A DNA stretch of 64,000 bases from a virus (taxonomy: Duplodnaviria; Caudoviricetes): positions 29,071 through 93,070 of the IMG/VR virus record IMGVR_UViG_3300017722_003538; one strand, 5' to 3'. The position numbers and the translations under genes were made by a program. The notes under the pieces are model-generated. The model saw only the letters and a program-made list of their open reading frames with translations. It had not been told where the DNA came from and searched no databases. Positions 40,247 to 49,004 of the stretch are shown here, one piece after another (positions within the stretch are counted from its first letter, which is position 1; the number at the start of each line of letters is the position of its first letter).

Positions 40247-41683
40247 ATGGAATTCTTAGACGCATTAAGACAAGAAGACATGGTAACTGAAAATGGAATG
40301 GCGACAAATTCGACATCGTTGAATGCTTGCGTTGACCTTTTCTTTAACATTGGAGCAATGAGAGGACAAGACAAACAACGTTTGATTGCAACCTTCTCTA
40401 AAGCGTTCAATGAAGATCCGAAGCGTGCTATGAAACTTCTTTTTTGGGCTAGAGATGTTCGAGGTGGAGCTGGAGAACGTCAAGTTTTCAAGGACATTTT
40501 AGTTTATTTGGCAGAAAACCATGACTTGGTTCTTAGACTTAATTTAAAACTAATCCCAGAGTACGGACGTTGGGATGATTTATTAGTCTTAACGGGAACA
40601 TATCTTGAAAAGCAAGCATTCACTTTAATTTCAAATGCAATAATCAACGAAAACGGCTTATGTGCAAAATGGATGCCACGTAAAGGACCAATCGCTGAAA
40701 AGTTACGTAAATTTACTGGAATGTCTCCAAAACAATACAGAAAATCTCTTGTAGGTTTAACAAACGTAGTTGAAACTAAGATGTGTGCTGGAGACTGGAA
40801 TTCTATCGACTTCGGTAAATTACCATCTGTCGCTTCAGCAAGATACCAAAAAGCATTTGGTAAAAACGCATACGAAAGTTATTCAGCCTATATTGCTTCT
40901 CTTGTAAAAGGTGAGGCTAAAATTAATGCAGGTGCAGTTTACCCATACGACGTGACTAAGTCTCTAAACTATGGAAACTCAAGCGTAGCAAACGAACAAT
41001 GGAAAGCTCTTCCAAACTATATGGAAGGCGCAAACGATATGATTTTACCAGTGGTTGATGTCTCAGGTTCTATGTCTTGCCCAGCAGGCGGTAGTAAATC
41101 TGTAACATGTATGGATGTTGCAATCTCTTTAGGTCTTTATATTTCTGAAAGAAATGTGGGTCCTTTCAAAGATGCATTCATTACTTTCTCAAGTAAACCA
41201 CAGTTACAAGTATTAAGTGGCTCATTGAGTGATCGCTACACACAGATGTCAAACTCCGATTGGGGAATGTCAACGGATCTTGAGGCGACCTTCAAATTGA
41301 TTTTAGATCAGGCCACTAAGCATAAACTATCGCAAGATAAAATGCCAAATAAAATCCTAATCCTATCGGATATGGAATTTAATGCCGCAGTTTCTTCTGG
41401 TGGTTACAGTACTAGATTTAAAGGTGGAAAATGGAATCCAGCTGCTCAGCAAATGATTGAGCAAATGTATGCCGATGCAGGTTACAAAGTACCTCAAATT
41501 GTTTACTGGAATATTCAATCCCGAAATGGAGGAGTACCGGTTGCATTTGATACTCAAGGAACTGCACTGGTTTCAGGATTCTCTCCAGCAATTATGACTA
41601 GTTTACTTGGAGGAGACATTGAATCTCCACAGCAAATCATGGATAAAACAATTTTGAGTGAGAGATACGCTCCAGTTGTTTAA
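40247..41683 (+). CDS. DUF2828-family TROVE/Ro60-like helical domain plus vWA protein
   Basis: TENG, DLFF, ARDVRGGAGER, EYGRWDDL, AKWMPR, YRK, VETKMC, vWA MIDAS VDVSGSM, ILSDMEFN, IVYWN, VSGFSP. Confidence 0.85.
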   Translation: MEFLDALRQEDMVTENGMATNSTSLNACVDLFFNIGAMRGQDKQRLIATFSKAFNEDPKRAMKLLFWARDVRGGAGERQVFKDILVYLAENHDLVLRLNLKLIPEYGRWDDLLVLTGTYLEKQAFTLISNAIINENGLCAKWMPRKGPIAEKLRKFTGMSPKQYRKSLVGLTNVVETKMCAGDWNSIDFGKLPSVASARYQKAFGKNAYESYSAYIASLVKGEAKINAGAVYPYDVTKSLNYGNSSVANEQWKALPNYMEGANDMILPVVDVSGSMSCPAGGSKSVTCMDVAISLGLYISERNVGPFKDAFITFSSKPQLQVLSGSLSDRYTQMSNSDWGMSTDLEATFKLILDQATKHKLSQDKMPNKILILSDMEFNAAVSSGGYSTRFKGGKWNPAAQQMIEQMYADAGYKVPQIVYWNIQSRNGGVPVAFDTQGTALVSGFSPAIMTSLLGGDIESPQQIMDKTILSERYAPVV

Positions 41684-41684
41684 A

Positions 41685-41693
41685 GATATATAA
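41685..41693 (+). promoter_or_regulatory. Putative late promoter GATATATAA driving the non-coding transcript
   Basis: Exact motif 7 nt upstream of the first RNA stem. Confidence 0.55.
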
Positions 41694-41700
41694 AGAAAAT

Positions 41701-41757
41701 TGGTTCCTTACAGCAATCCATACAAGCAATTTATAAAGTAAGCAAACATTGGAACCA
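41701..41757 (+). ncRNA. Candidate small RNA unit 1 (end-pairing stem plus ACAGCAA)
   Basis: tggttcc (41701-07) pairs with ggaacca (41751-57); stem followed by ttACAGCAA. Confidence 0.5.
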
Positions 41758-41760
41758 GGT

Positions 41761-41993
41761 GGATCGGTACAGCAAAAAGTACACACAGCTATGATAGCCA
41801 ACGTATTACAGAGATAGTATCAAGTATAACAGGCAAATGGAAGTCTAACCAGGATAAAAAATGGACAAACGTCATACCACCCCAATAGGTGATAAGTAGG
41901 ATGGGTCGAAGTTTAGTAGACGCTCGCGAAAATCAAAGCCGAAGACGTTAAACAGGGTTATTCCGCCGGGAAGAAAATCACGAACAACGATCC
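41761..41993 (+). ncRNA. Candidate structured RNA unit 2 (end-pairing stem plus ACAGCAA)
   Basis: ggatcg (41761-66) pairs with cgatcc (41988-93); followed by gtACAGCAA; short internal hairpins; no ORF of 60 aa or more; GC-richer than other intergenic DNA. Confidence 0.5.
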
Positions 41994-42004
41994 CGTAATA
42001 ATTT

Positions 42005-42049
42005 AATCCTGACAAAATTGTTAATAACTTTTTTAGTCAGGATTTTTTT
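42005..42049 (+). terminator. Rho-independent terminator closing the ncRNA unit
   Basis: aatcctgac/gtcaggatt stem plus T-run. Confidence 0.7.
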
Positions 42050-42095
42050 ATGTCGTTTTTAGTATTATATTTACATATCAAATTAAAGTACATAA

Positions 42096-42123
42096 AAAAC
42101 AAAACCAATATATAACATATAAT
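42096..42123 (+). promoter_or_regulatory. Putative promoter AAAAC-N17-TATAAT, preceded by a TTATATTTACA element (42065-42075)
   Basis: Same spacing as the other copies; TTATATTTACA also at 30601-30611 and resembles the Bacteroidota -7 TAnnTTTG element. Confidence 0.5.
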
Positions 42124-42138
42124 ACTTAAACACAAACT

Positions 42139-42414
42139 ATGAATATTCTAGACGAAGCAAGCGGAATAGTTAATAACCGCTCAGAAGAAGCAGACAGACA
42201 ATATGGTCCTTTCTCAGAAGGTATGGACAGAGCTGCAATGATTTTTAATGGTATGACCGGACTTAATGTTACTGGTCGCGAAATGTTTATGGCACTAGTT
42301 GCACTTAAATTCAGTAGAGAGTCTTACAATCACAAGCGTGATAATTTATTAGATGCAGTTGCATATATCCAAGGATTAGACAACTACATTAACGAAAAGC
42401 AAAACAATGGTTAA
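42139..42414 (+). CDS. DUF6378-like all-alpha nucleotide pyrophosphatase-associated protein
   Basis: IL.EA..IV..R...YG.F...MVALK.SR...HKRDNLLDAVAY. Confidence 0.65.
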   Translation: MNILDEASGIVNNRSEEADRQYGPFSEGMDRAAMIFNGMTGLNVTGREMFMALVALKFSRESYNHKRDNLLDAVAYIQGLDNYINEKQNNG

Positions 42415-43456
42415 TATTTACACAGTTTTAGATTCATTAAAGGGTAAGAAGATTGCAATCGATGATGTTGTAACTACTTATAGTTCAAAGAAGGCCAGCC
42501 ATAAAAGTGCATGGGCTTTCTTATTAGCTAATCAATTAAGGTCCCTAGGACTGGATGCTGAAGTACTTACAAAGTCAGAAGATATTCACCAATATGATGT
42601 TTGGTTAGTAGCACTTCCAATGGAATTCCAAGGGTCTTATAACCTATTTGGTGGAGCCACTGACGAACCAGCAGAAAGGATTAAAAGATTTTTAGATTTT
42701 GGTGGAACAATATATTGTTTGAATCGAGAAATGCCAGATGTTGGAGCATTCGCACAAAGTCGAATGAAATCATGTTCACCTCTATGGGCATCTCTTAATG
42801 TTGAAGCACTTACAAAGAGGAGTAAAGAAACCGAAACAATTGAATTAAAATTGGCTTCCGGAACTTTTGTCCTAGGTGATTCCCATTCAGTTTCAGTATA
42901 CCAACCGGGCGCAAATATTAGCCGAAATGATGGTAAAACCCTATTTGGAGTTATGAAAGAAGGAATGGCATCTTATATTCCTGAAGGAACTGACCACCTA
43001 ATCACATACTTTGGAAACATCGATGTTCGTCATCACTTATGTCGACAAGAAAAACCTGTCGATGCGGTTAAAGCACTTGTAAAAAATTACTTTGAACACT
43101 TACAATCACTAGGAATTCAAAAGAATACGGTTGTAAAATTGCTACCTATCGAATTTGAAGGTCGCAGAATTCCTAAAACTGGGTACTACAAAGGAACTCC
43201 ATTTATCGGTACTCAACGGGAACGGACTCAATTAATGGAAATATTTAATGAAGAGGTTGACAAACTCTCGGCAATATATAATATGAACGTAATCGAATGG
43301 CCGATTCACTGGTATTCAGCAGACCCTCAATACTTTGCCGATACTTACATGGAAAAGCCAGGTTCAGTTCACCTATCTAGAGAGTTTTACCAATATGATT
43401 TCGAGACGTCCGAAAAAAATGTTGCCCTAAAGAAGACTATCAATACTCTTTTTTGA
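42407..43456 (+). CDS. Protein with C-terminal SGNH/GDSL-like domain
   Basis: VLGDSHS (block I), YFGNID (block III), GSVHLS (block V). Confidence 0.55.
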   Translation: MVNIYTVLDSLKGKKIAIDDVVTTYSSKKASHKSAWAFLLANQLRSLGLDAEVLTKSEDIHQYDVWLVALPMEFQGSYNLFGGATDEPAERIKRFLDFGGTIYCLNREMPDVGAFAQSRMKSCSPLWASLNVEALTKRSKETETIELKLASGTFVLGDSHSVSVYQPGANISRNDGKTLFGVMKEGMASYIPEGTDHLITYFGNIDVRHHLCRQEKPVDAVKALVKNYFEHLQSLGIQKNTVVKLLPIEFEGRRIPKTGYYKGTPFIGTQRERTQLMEIFNEEVDKLSAIYNMNVIEWPIHWYSADPQYFADTYMEKPGSVHLSREFYQYDFETSEKNVALKKTINTLF

Positions 43457-43482
43457 AACTTTTTAAATAAACCAAGTATAAA
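43454..43482 (+). promoter_or_regulatory. Putative promoter TGAAAC-N17-TATAAA
   Basis: Conserved motif and spacing upstream of ino1. Confidence 0.65.
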
Positions 43483-43507
43483 AATTATAAATTAAATTTT
43501 AAGAAAA

Positions 43508-44695
43508 ATGAACAAAATTAAAGTAGGAATTATTGGAACTGGAAATTGTGCCAAATCATTAGTTGAAGGTGTACAATATTACACAGAGAACCCAAATGAT
43601 ATTACTGGGATGATGAAATCCGACATCGGAGGTTACAAAGCAGAAAACATCGAGTTTGTATGTGGATTCGAAATTGATGAACGTAAAGTTAATCAAACAT
43701 TAGGATACGCACTTAAACAAAGACCAAACTCTGCATGGGACATTGTTGATGTTATTCACTCTGAAGCGCCAGTTTACGAGGCTCCAGTAATTGATGGTTA
43801 TGCAGCGCTTATGGATAACTATCCAGAACAAAATCGCTTCTTAGTTGACGAAAAACTGAGAAATTCTACGGACATGAATCGTACTGATTGGACTCCAAAA
43901 AAAGCACGTGAATGGAAGGATTCAATCATTGCTAAATTAAAAGACCATGGTGTTGAAGTATTGATTAACTACTTACCAGTAGGTTCTCAAAAAACAACTG
44001 AATTCTGGGCTGAAATTTGTCTTGAAACAGGAATCTCTCTAGTAAACTGTATTCCAGTATTTATTGCATCTGACCCTGCATGGGAGCAAAGATTCATCGA
44101 CGCTGGTATTCCAATTATCGGAGATGATATGCGTTCTCAATTTGGAGCAAGTATTCTTTCTCAAATGTTACAAGAACTTGCCTTTGAAAGAGGACATCAT
44201 GTAAAAGCCCACATCCAAAGAAATGTTGGAGGTAACACGGACTTCTTAAATATGGAAGATAAATCTCGTCTTGCTTCTAAAAAGATTTCTAAAGAAAACG
44301 TTATCCGTGCACAAAACGAAATCAGAGGAATTTCAACTGAAGATTCATTCCTACATGCCGGTCCTTCTGAGTATATCGCATTCTACGGTGATAATAAAGT
44401 TGCTAACTTCCGCTTAGAACTTACAGGATTCGGTGGAGCACCAGTTCTTTTTGATGCTCAATTAAGTGTACAAGACTCTCCAAACTCAGCTGGAGTAGTA
44501 ATCGATGCAGTTCGTTATTTAAGAGTTGCAAGAGAATTAGGAGTTGTAGGAGCCTTAAGAGGTCCTTCAGCGTTCACACAAAAAACTCCACCAGATCAAA
44601 TGATGTTTGCTGATGCGGTTTATGAGTGTACTGAATTGGCTGCAAGACGCTTAACAGATTCTACAAGAAAACAGTTAGTTGCTAAAAAAGCCTAA
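43508..44695 (+). CDS. ino1: myo-Inositol-1-phosphate synthase
   Basis: GTGNCAKSLVEG, NYLPVGS, NCIPVFIA, IGDDMRSQFGA, NVGGNTDFLNM, SKKISK, GPSEY, DNK, DSPNSAGVVIDA. Confidence 0.95.
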   Translation: MNKIKVGIIGTGNCAKSLVEGVQYYTENPNDITGMMKSDIGGYKAENIEFVCGFEIDERKVNQTLGYALKQRPNSAWDIVDVIHSEAPVYEAPVIDGYAALMDNYPEQNRFLVDEKLRNSTDMNRTDWTPKKAREWKDSIIAKLKDHGVEVLINYLPVGSQKTTEFWAEICLETGISLVNCIPVFIASDPAWEQRFIDAGIPIIGDDMRSQFGASILSQMLQELAFERGHHVKAHIQRNVGGNTDFLNMEDKSRLASKKISKENVIRAQNEIRGISTEDSFLHAGPSEYIAFYGDNKVANFRLELTGFGGAPVLFDAQLSVQDSPNSAGVVIDAVRYLRVARELGVVGALRGPSAFTQKTPPDQMMFADAVYECTELAARRLTDSTRKQLVAKKA

Positions 44696-44710
44696 CAATT
44701 AGATTAACCC

Positions 44711-44742
44711 AAAAAGGGAGAGAAGTAACTCTCCCTTTTTTT
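44711..44742 (+). terminator. Rho-independent terminator (possibly bidirectional)
   Basis: aaaaagggagag/ctctcccttttt. Confidence 0.75.
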
Positions 44743-44757
44743 ATCAAAACTTTACGC

Positions 44758-45156
44758 ATGTTAAACATATTTAAAACCAAAAAACCAGTCGATATCTACG
44801 GATATGATTTTGACGGAGTAATTTCAATTGGAATAACTCCAAGAGCCACTACCGATTTTGTTATTACCGGAAGATGCATTGATGAACAAGACGAAATCCG
44901 TGCAATCCTTAAAGAGAGAGGAATTAAATGCAAGGTGTATTTTAATCCAATGACTCTTGAGGAACGTGGAAACCATACAGTTGCCGCAAGAAGACATTCC
45001 GGGCATCACAAAGCGCATACAATTAACCGTTTAAAAAATGAAGGTGTTATTGTTTCACGTTTTTTTGAAGATGACCCAATACAATACCAAATTATTCAGG
45101 AAAACTGTCCAGATGTGGAATTAGTTAACATTGTATCAAAATTAGTACAGAAATAA
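44758..45156 (+). CDS. Minimal HAD-family phosphatase
   Basis: YDFDGV motif I, ITGR motif II, K motif III, FFEDD motif IV. Confidence 0.8.
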   Translation: MLNIFKTKKPVDIYGYDFDGVISIGITPRATTDFVITGRCIDEQDEIRAILKERGIKCKVYFNPMTLEERGNHTVAARRHSGHHKAHTINRLKNEGVIVSRFFEDDPIQYQIIQENCPDVELVNIVSKLVQK

Positions 45157-45157
45157 G

Positions 45158-45859
45158 ATGAGCAGAGTTAAACTTCCTGAGCTTCCAATTTCAAAATTGG
45201 AAAAAACCCGACTTAAAAAGAAATACGTTAAAATACTAGGAGCATCTGAAGGTGTTGATGATAGTATGATTGGCGAAAGTATTGCTAATTATTTAATCCC
45301 TGAGGTTGACTATAAGGGAATGGTTTGTCTTGACCTTGGAGCCAATATTGGAGCATTTACTCAAATTGCACTAGACGCTGGAGCAAGTAAAGTTTGTACT
45401 GTAGAATGCGATGCCCGAAACTTTGAGAAACTACAATCAACATACAAGAATGACGATTATGTCGATTTAGTTTATGCTGCCGTTTCTGGACTGCCTGATA
45501 AGACCTTAAAAATATTCAAATCTTCAAGCCAAAATGCACATTGTTCAACATCAATTGAGAGCAAAATGAAGTTCAGCGAATATGACTATGTTGAAAATAT
45601 ACACCTAAAAAAGTTACTTAAGAAATACAATCCAGATATTATTAAAATGGATATCGAATCTGCTGAGTATACCTTAATTGATACTTTAATAGATTACCAA
45701 CCTAAATATTTGTTTATTGAATTACATGCTGGAAAACACAGGGTTGAAATGTATCAGGTAATGGAAAGACTATTAGAAATTTACCCACATTCAAAAATAG
45801 TTCCATTGATTATATTTACCGACAATTTGATAGCACATGACTGCTTCTTTAAAAAATAA
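45158..45859 (+). CDS. FkbM-family SAM-dependent methyltransferase
   Basis: LDLGANIGAF, VEC...NF..L, AAVS, IIKMDIESAEY, IELH. Confidence 0.85.
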   Translation: MSRVKLPELPISKLEKTRLKKKYVKILGASEGVDDSMIGESIANYLIPEVDYKGMVCLDLGANIGAFTQIALDAGASKVCTVECDARNFEKLQSTYKNDDYVDLVYAAVSGLPDKTLKIFKSSSQNAHCSTSIESKMKFSEYDYVENIHLKKLLKKYNPDIIKMDIESAEYTLIDTLIDYQPKYLFIELHAGKHRVEMYQVMERLLEIYPHSKIVPLIIFTDNLIAHDCFFKK

Positions 45860-45867
45860 AACTTAAA

Positions 45868-47055
45868 ATGACTTCAAATAAACAACTGCTTGAGATGGAT
45901 TCTCAAGCACTGTTGGATTTAATACCAACAGAAAAAAGACAACTCATTCGAGACTTTGTTCATGAAATGAATCGTCGAGAATATGAGGTTCGTTTTGCAA
46001 AAACATGTACGTTCGATACATTTAGGCATCGAGAGGGTACTGGAGAGGACATTTTCGGTCATGGATTTATTGTAGAGGGACGCTCAGTTCCATACTTCCA
46101 CCCAAATCGTTCGTTTCACGACGAGATTATTTGGTTAAATGAAAATGTGTTCTACAATCCCGACTGTACCTTTGAAGACCGATTAATTAATGCAGCAATT
46201 GTAAAGTTCTATGGTCCGTCGAATACAATTAACTTATTAACTCAAGATACTGGTTATCCTTTTGTCAAGTATGAAAAATTGGTTAATGACGAAAAATATG
46301 TTCTCCAATGCATGGTTAACATGGAGAATGCAAAGAGGCGTGGAGAAAAGATTTATGGTACAACTGAATTACGAACAAGTTTACAGACCGAATCAAGAAA
46401 TCATGCAAGAGTAATTAAAACTCCTTATGACGTATTAATTGGCGCCGAACCGGATCCAACCAGACAAAGTCGAACTAGTGACATGTTCTTTTGGTTTACC
46501 CTATTGGGTCCGCGTTTTGTTGAATTCTATACAAAGAAACCGACAATGGAAGAGTCGTTTGAATTCTTAACATCGCATCGAGGAATTGGAAACTATTATG
46601 GTTACCATTTTAGTACCAACCTTGCCCGAATGCCAGAAATCGGTACTCCCGACCTATTGCGACCTAATGCACCTTTTGGAAATCTTAACGAAGACGATGA
46701 TTTTGTTGCACCCGGAGTTGGAGCGATGACCACAATCAACTGGTTCTATGAGGACTTAGGTTTTTCAATTTCATCCGATGTGGGAGCCAAGGTTATTAGA
46801 CAAATCCGGGACACTCAACATGAATTCTTTGATTTTACCGGAGAGAACCTTGACTATTTAGAAACTATTACAGAGACCGGAAGGTTTACAACGTTTGGTA
46901 CAGAAATTAGCTGTTGTCAGTTTGGCGTATTTTTACGATTGAGAGACAGTAAAAAGATGGCCTTAAACCGTGCAAATGCTCCAATTTCTAAAGAACAAAT
47001 TGGTGAATCTTGCGAAGTTGATGAACCAACATTTAAAAGTTCATGTTTATTTTAA
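45868..47055 (+). CDS. aGPT-PPlase / amino acid:DNA transferase-like helical protein (DNA base hypermodification)
   Basis: F.HEMNRRE, Y.HPNRSFHD, HhH-like RGIGNYYGY, NEDDDFVAPGVGA, E...CQF. Confidence 0.65.
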   Translation: MTSNKQLLEMDSQALLDLIPTEKRQLIRDFVHEMNRREYEVRFAKTCTFDTFRHREGTGEDIFGHGFIVEGRSVPYFHPNRSFHDEIIWLNENVFYNPDCTFEDRLINAAIVKFYGPSNTINLLTQDTGYPFVKYEKLVNDEKYVLQCMVNMENAKRRGEKIYGTTELRTSLQTESRNHARVIKTPYDVLIGAEPDPTRQSRTSDMFFWFTLLGPRFVEFYTKKPTMEESFEFLTSHRGIGNYYGYHFSTNLARMPEIGTPDLLRPNAPFGNLNEDDDFVAPGVGAMTTINWFYEDLGFSISSDVGAKVIRQIRDTQHEFFDFTGENLDYLETITETGRFTTFGTEISCCQFGVFLRLRDSKKMALNRANAPISKEQIGESCEVDEPTFKSSCLF

Positions 47056-47096
47056 ACAAGTTTAAAATTACCTATAAAACTATTATATAAAAACTT

Positions 47097-47564
47097 ATGG
47101 CAAATATAGACAATCAATGTAAAGACCTGGAAGTTAAAGACTTCTATTCAGATTCGACCACCCACCTGGCGGATATTATGGAAAACCAAAAGAAAATGCA
47201 GGAGCAAACTTATGGTTTCAATTTTGAAAATATGTCAATTAGAGAAATTATGAACTTTTGGCATGTTAATACCCATGCAGTAGTTGATGAAATTCACGAG
47301 ATGACAGATGCCCTTGGAGGTATTAAAGATGGTAGTGGAAATGCAGTTTGGAAATACTGGAAAAAAGACTTTTCAAAGTATGAAACCATGAAAATCAGCG
47401 ACCTATCTGAAGAGGACAAGAAAGAACTTTATATGGAATGGGTAGACATACTACACTTCTTTATAAATTATGCGTCTTCAATCGGATTAGATGCAAAAAC
47501 AGCGTACAATTATTACTTCGCGAAAGCAGAAGAAAATGTTAACCGTCAAAAAAGAGGATATTAA
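47097..47564 (+). CDS. Dimeric dUTPase/dCTPase (MazG fold, T4 gp56-like)
   Basis: DEIHEM, WKYWK, EWVDILHF, YFAKAEENVNRQKRGY. Confidence 0.85.
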   Translation: MANIDNQCKDLEVKDFYSDSTTHLADIMENQKKMQEQTYGFNFENMSIREIMNFWHVNTHAVVDEIHEMTDALGGIKDGSGNAVWKYWKKDFSKYETMKISDLSEEDKKELYMEWVDILHFFINYASSIGLDAKTAYNYYFAKAEENVNRQKRGY

Positions 47565-48961
47565 TGATTTTAGACATCGAACAGCGTGAAAAAGATGTTA
47601 TCATTTCATACTACAATGACAAAGGTGAAGTAGCATTCAAACAATATCCAGTGGATAAATTCCAAAATTGGTATGTTTGTGATGACAAAGACAAAGCGGC
47701 TAGCCCAGACTATAAAAACTGGGATGGCCGTCCTGTTAAACTAGGATATGGAAAACAATTCAATAAGTTTTCTATCCTTTATTTTTTAGATAATCTTTCA
47801 GAGAAAGACAAAAAGGATTTGACAGCATATAATATGCCAAAAACCTATTTTGTCGATATTGAAACTGAAATTGTTGATGGCTTTCCAAAAGCCGAAGAGG
47901 CCAAAAGTAGAATTCTTTCATTCTCAATAATCACTCCAGACCGTAAAGCAATCGTCTTAGGTTTGGAAGATATGGCCTCAGATAAAATCCAAAAGATTCA
48001 AGATGATACTAATGAGTATTTCAAAGACTTTGACCAGGACTGGGAATTTAAGTACCACAAGTTTAAGTCTGAATATGACATGGTGTACACATTCTTAATG
48101 AAATTCTTACCAAAGTTTCCAATGATGACTGGGTGGAATTTTATTAACTATGACTGGCAATATATTGTTAATCGATGCAAGAGACTTCAAATCGATATTA
48201 AAGAAGTTGGTATGACAAATTCAATCGATCATACTGATGGTCGACCTCTTCATATTGGAATTCTTGACTACATGCAATTGTATGATAAATACGACCGAAC
48301 TGTAAAAGTTAAAGAATCTAACTCTTTGGATTATGTTTCAAGTCAAGTTTTGAACGTTAACAAAATCAAGTTCACTGGCTCACTACAGGACTTATACCGC
48401 GATAATTTTGTCAAGTACATATATTACAATGTTGTCGATTCAGTGTTGGTGTACTACATTGACCAGAAGTTGAAGTCCATGGAGGTACTACTAACCTTGG
48501 CAAATATTACAAATATGCCATTGTATAAAGCAAGTTCTCCAGTGGCGGTTACTGAAGCTATTATGGCTAGAAAACTTGCTGAGCAAGGAATGCGAATTGG
48601 AAGCGAAGAGAAAAATGATAGTCAAAAAGATGGTCAATACGCCGGAGCATTTGTAAAAGAACCTATACTTGGATTCTATGAAGGTGTAAGTGCATTCGAT
48701 TTTGCGTCACTATACCCTTCTATCATGAGACAATTTAATATATCTCCAGATGCCTACATCGAAAAGATTTATAAGAGTGAAATTGAAGAGAGACGTAAAG
48801 ACAAAGAGGTTATCGTTTGTGATAATGGTGTAGTTTATAAAACTGAGGATTCAATCTTAAGAAAGATATTAAGTGACCTTTATGCACAACGTAAAGATTA
48901 TAAAAAAACTTCTTATGAATACTTCACAAAAGCTGACCGGTTGAAAAAACTGCTCCAATAA
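47564..48961 (+). CDS. gp43: Family B DNA polymerase, N-terminal subunit (exonuclease, motif A, first fingers helix)
   Basis: DIETE ExoI, GWNFINYD ExoII, YNVVD ExoIII, YAGAFVKEP, FDFASLYPS; lacks motifs B and C. Confidence 0.92.
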   Translation: MILDIEQREKDVIISYYNDKGEVAFKQYPVDKFQNWYVCDDKDKAASPDYKNWDGRPVKLGYGKQFNKFSILYFLDNLSEKDKKDLTAYNMPKTYFVDIETEIVDGFPKAEEAKSRILSFSIITPDRKAIVLGLEDMASDKIQKIQDDTNEYFKDFDQDWEFKYHKFKSEYDMVYTFLMKFLPKFPMMTGWNFINYDWQYIVNRCKRLQIDIKEVGMTNSIDHTDGRPLHIGILDYMQLYDKYDRTVKVKESNSLDYVSSQVLNVNKIKFTGSLQDLYRDNFVKYIYYNVVDSVLVYYIDQKLKSMEVLLTLANITNMPLYKASSPVAVTEAIMARKLAEQGMRIGSEEKNDSQKDGQYAGAFVKEPILGFYEGVSAFDFASLYPSIMRQFNISPDAYIEKIYKSEIEERRKDKEVIVCDNGVVYKTEDSILRKILSDLYAQRKDYKKTSYEYFTKADRLKKLLQ

Positions 48962-49004
48962 CATGTATATATATTAACCGCTAAACTTAAAAAAACAATC
49001 AACA

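Noticed and set aside
41700-42000. tRNA, tmRNA or RNase P identity for the non-coding region
   Set aside because: No cloverleaf, T-loop GTTCRA plus CCA end, tag frame or RNase P consensus recognised
42018-42028. TTGTTAATAAC as a DnaA-box/origin signal
   Set aside because: Single copy inside a terminator loop; no box cluster
43508-44695. ino1 as host contamination or a bacterial island
   Set aside because: It carries the phage-type TGAAAC-N17-TATAA promoter, similar AT-rich composition, and phage genes on both sides
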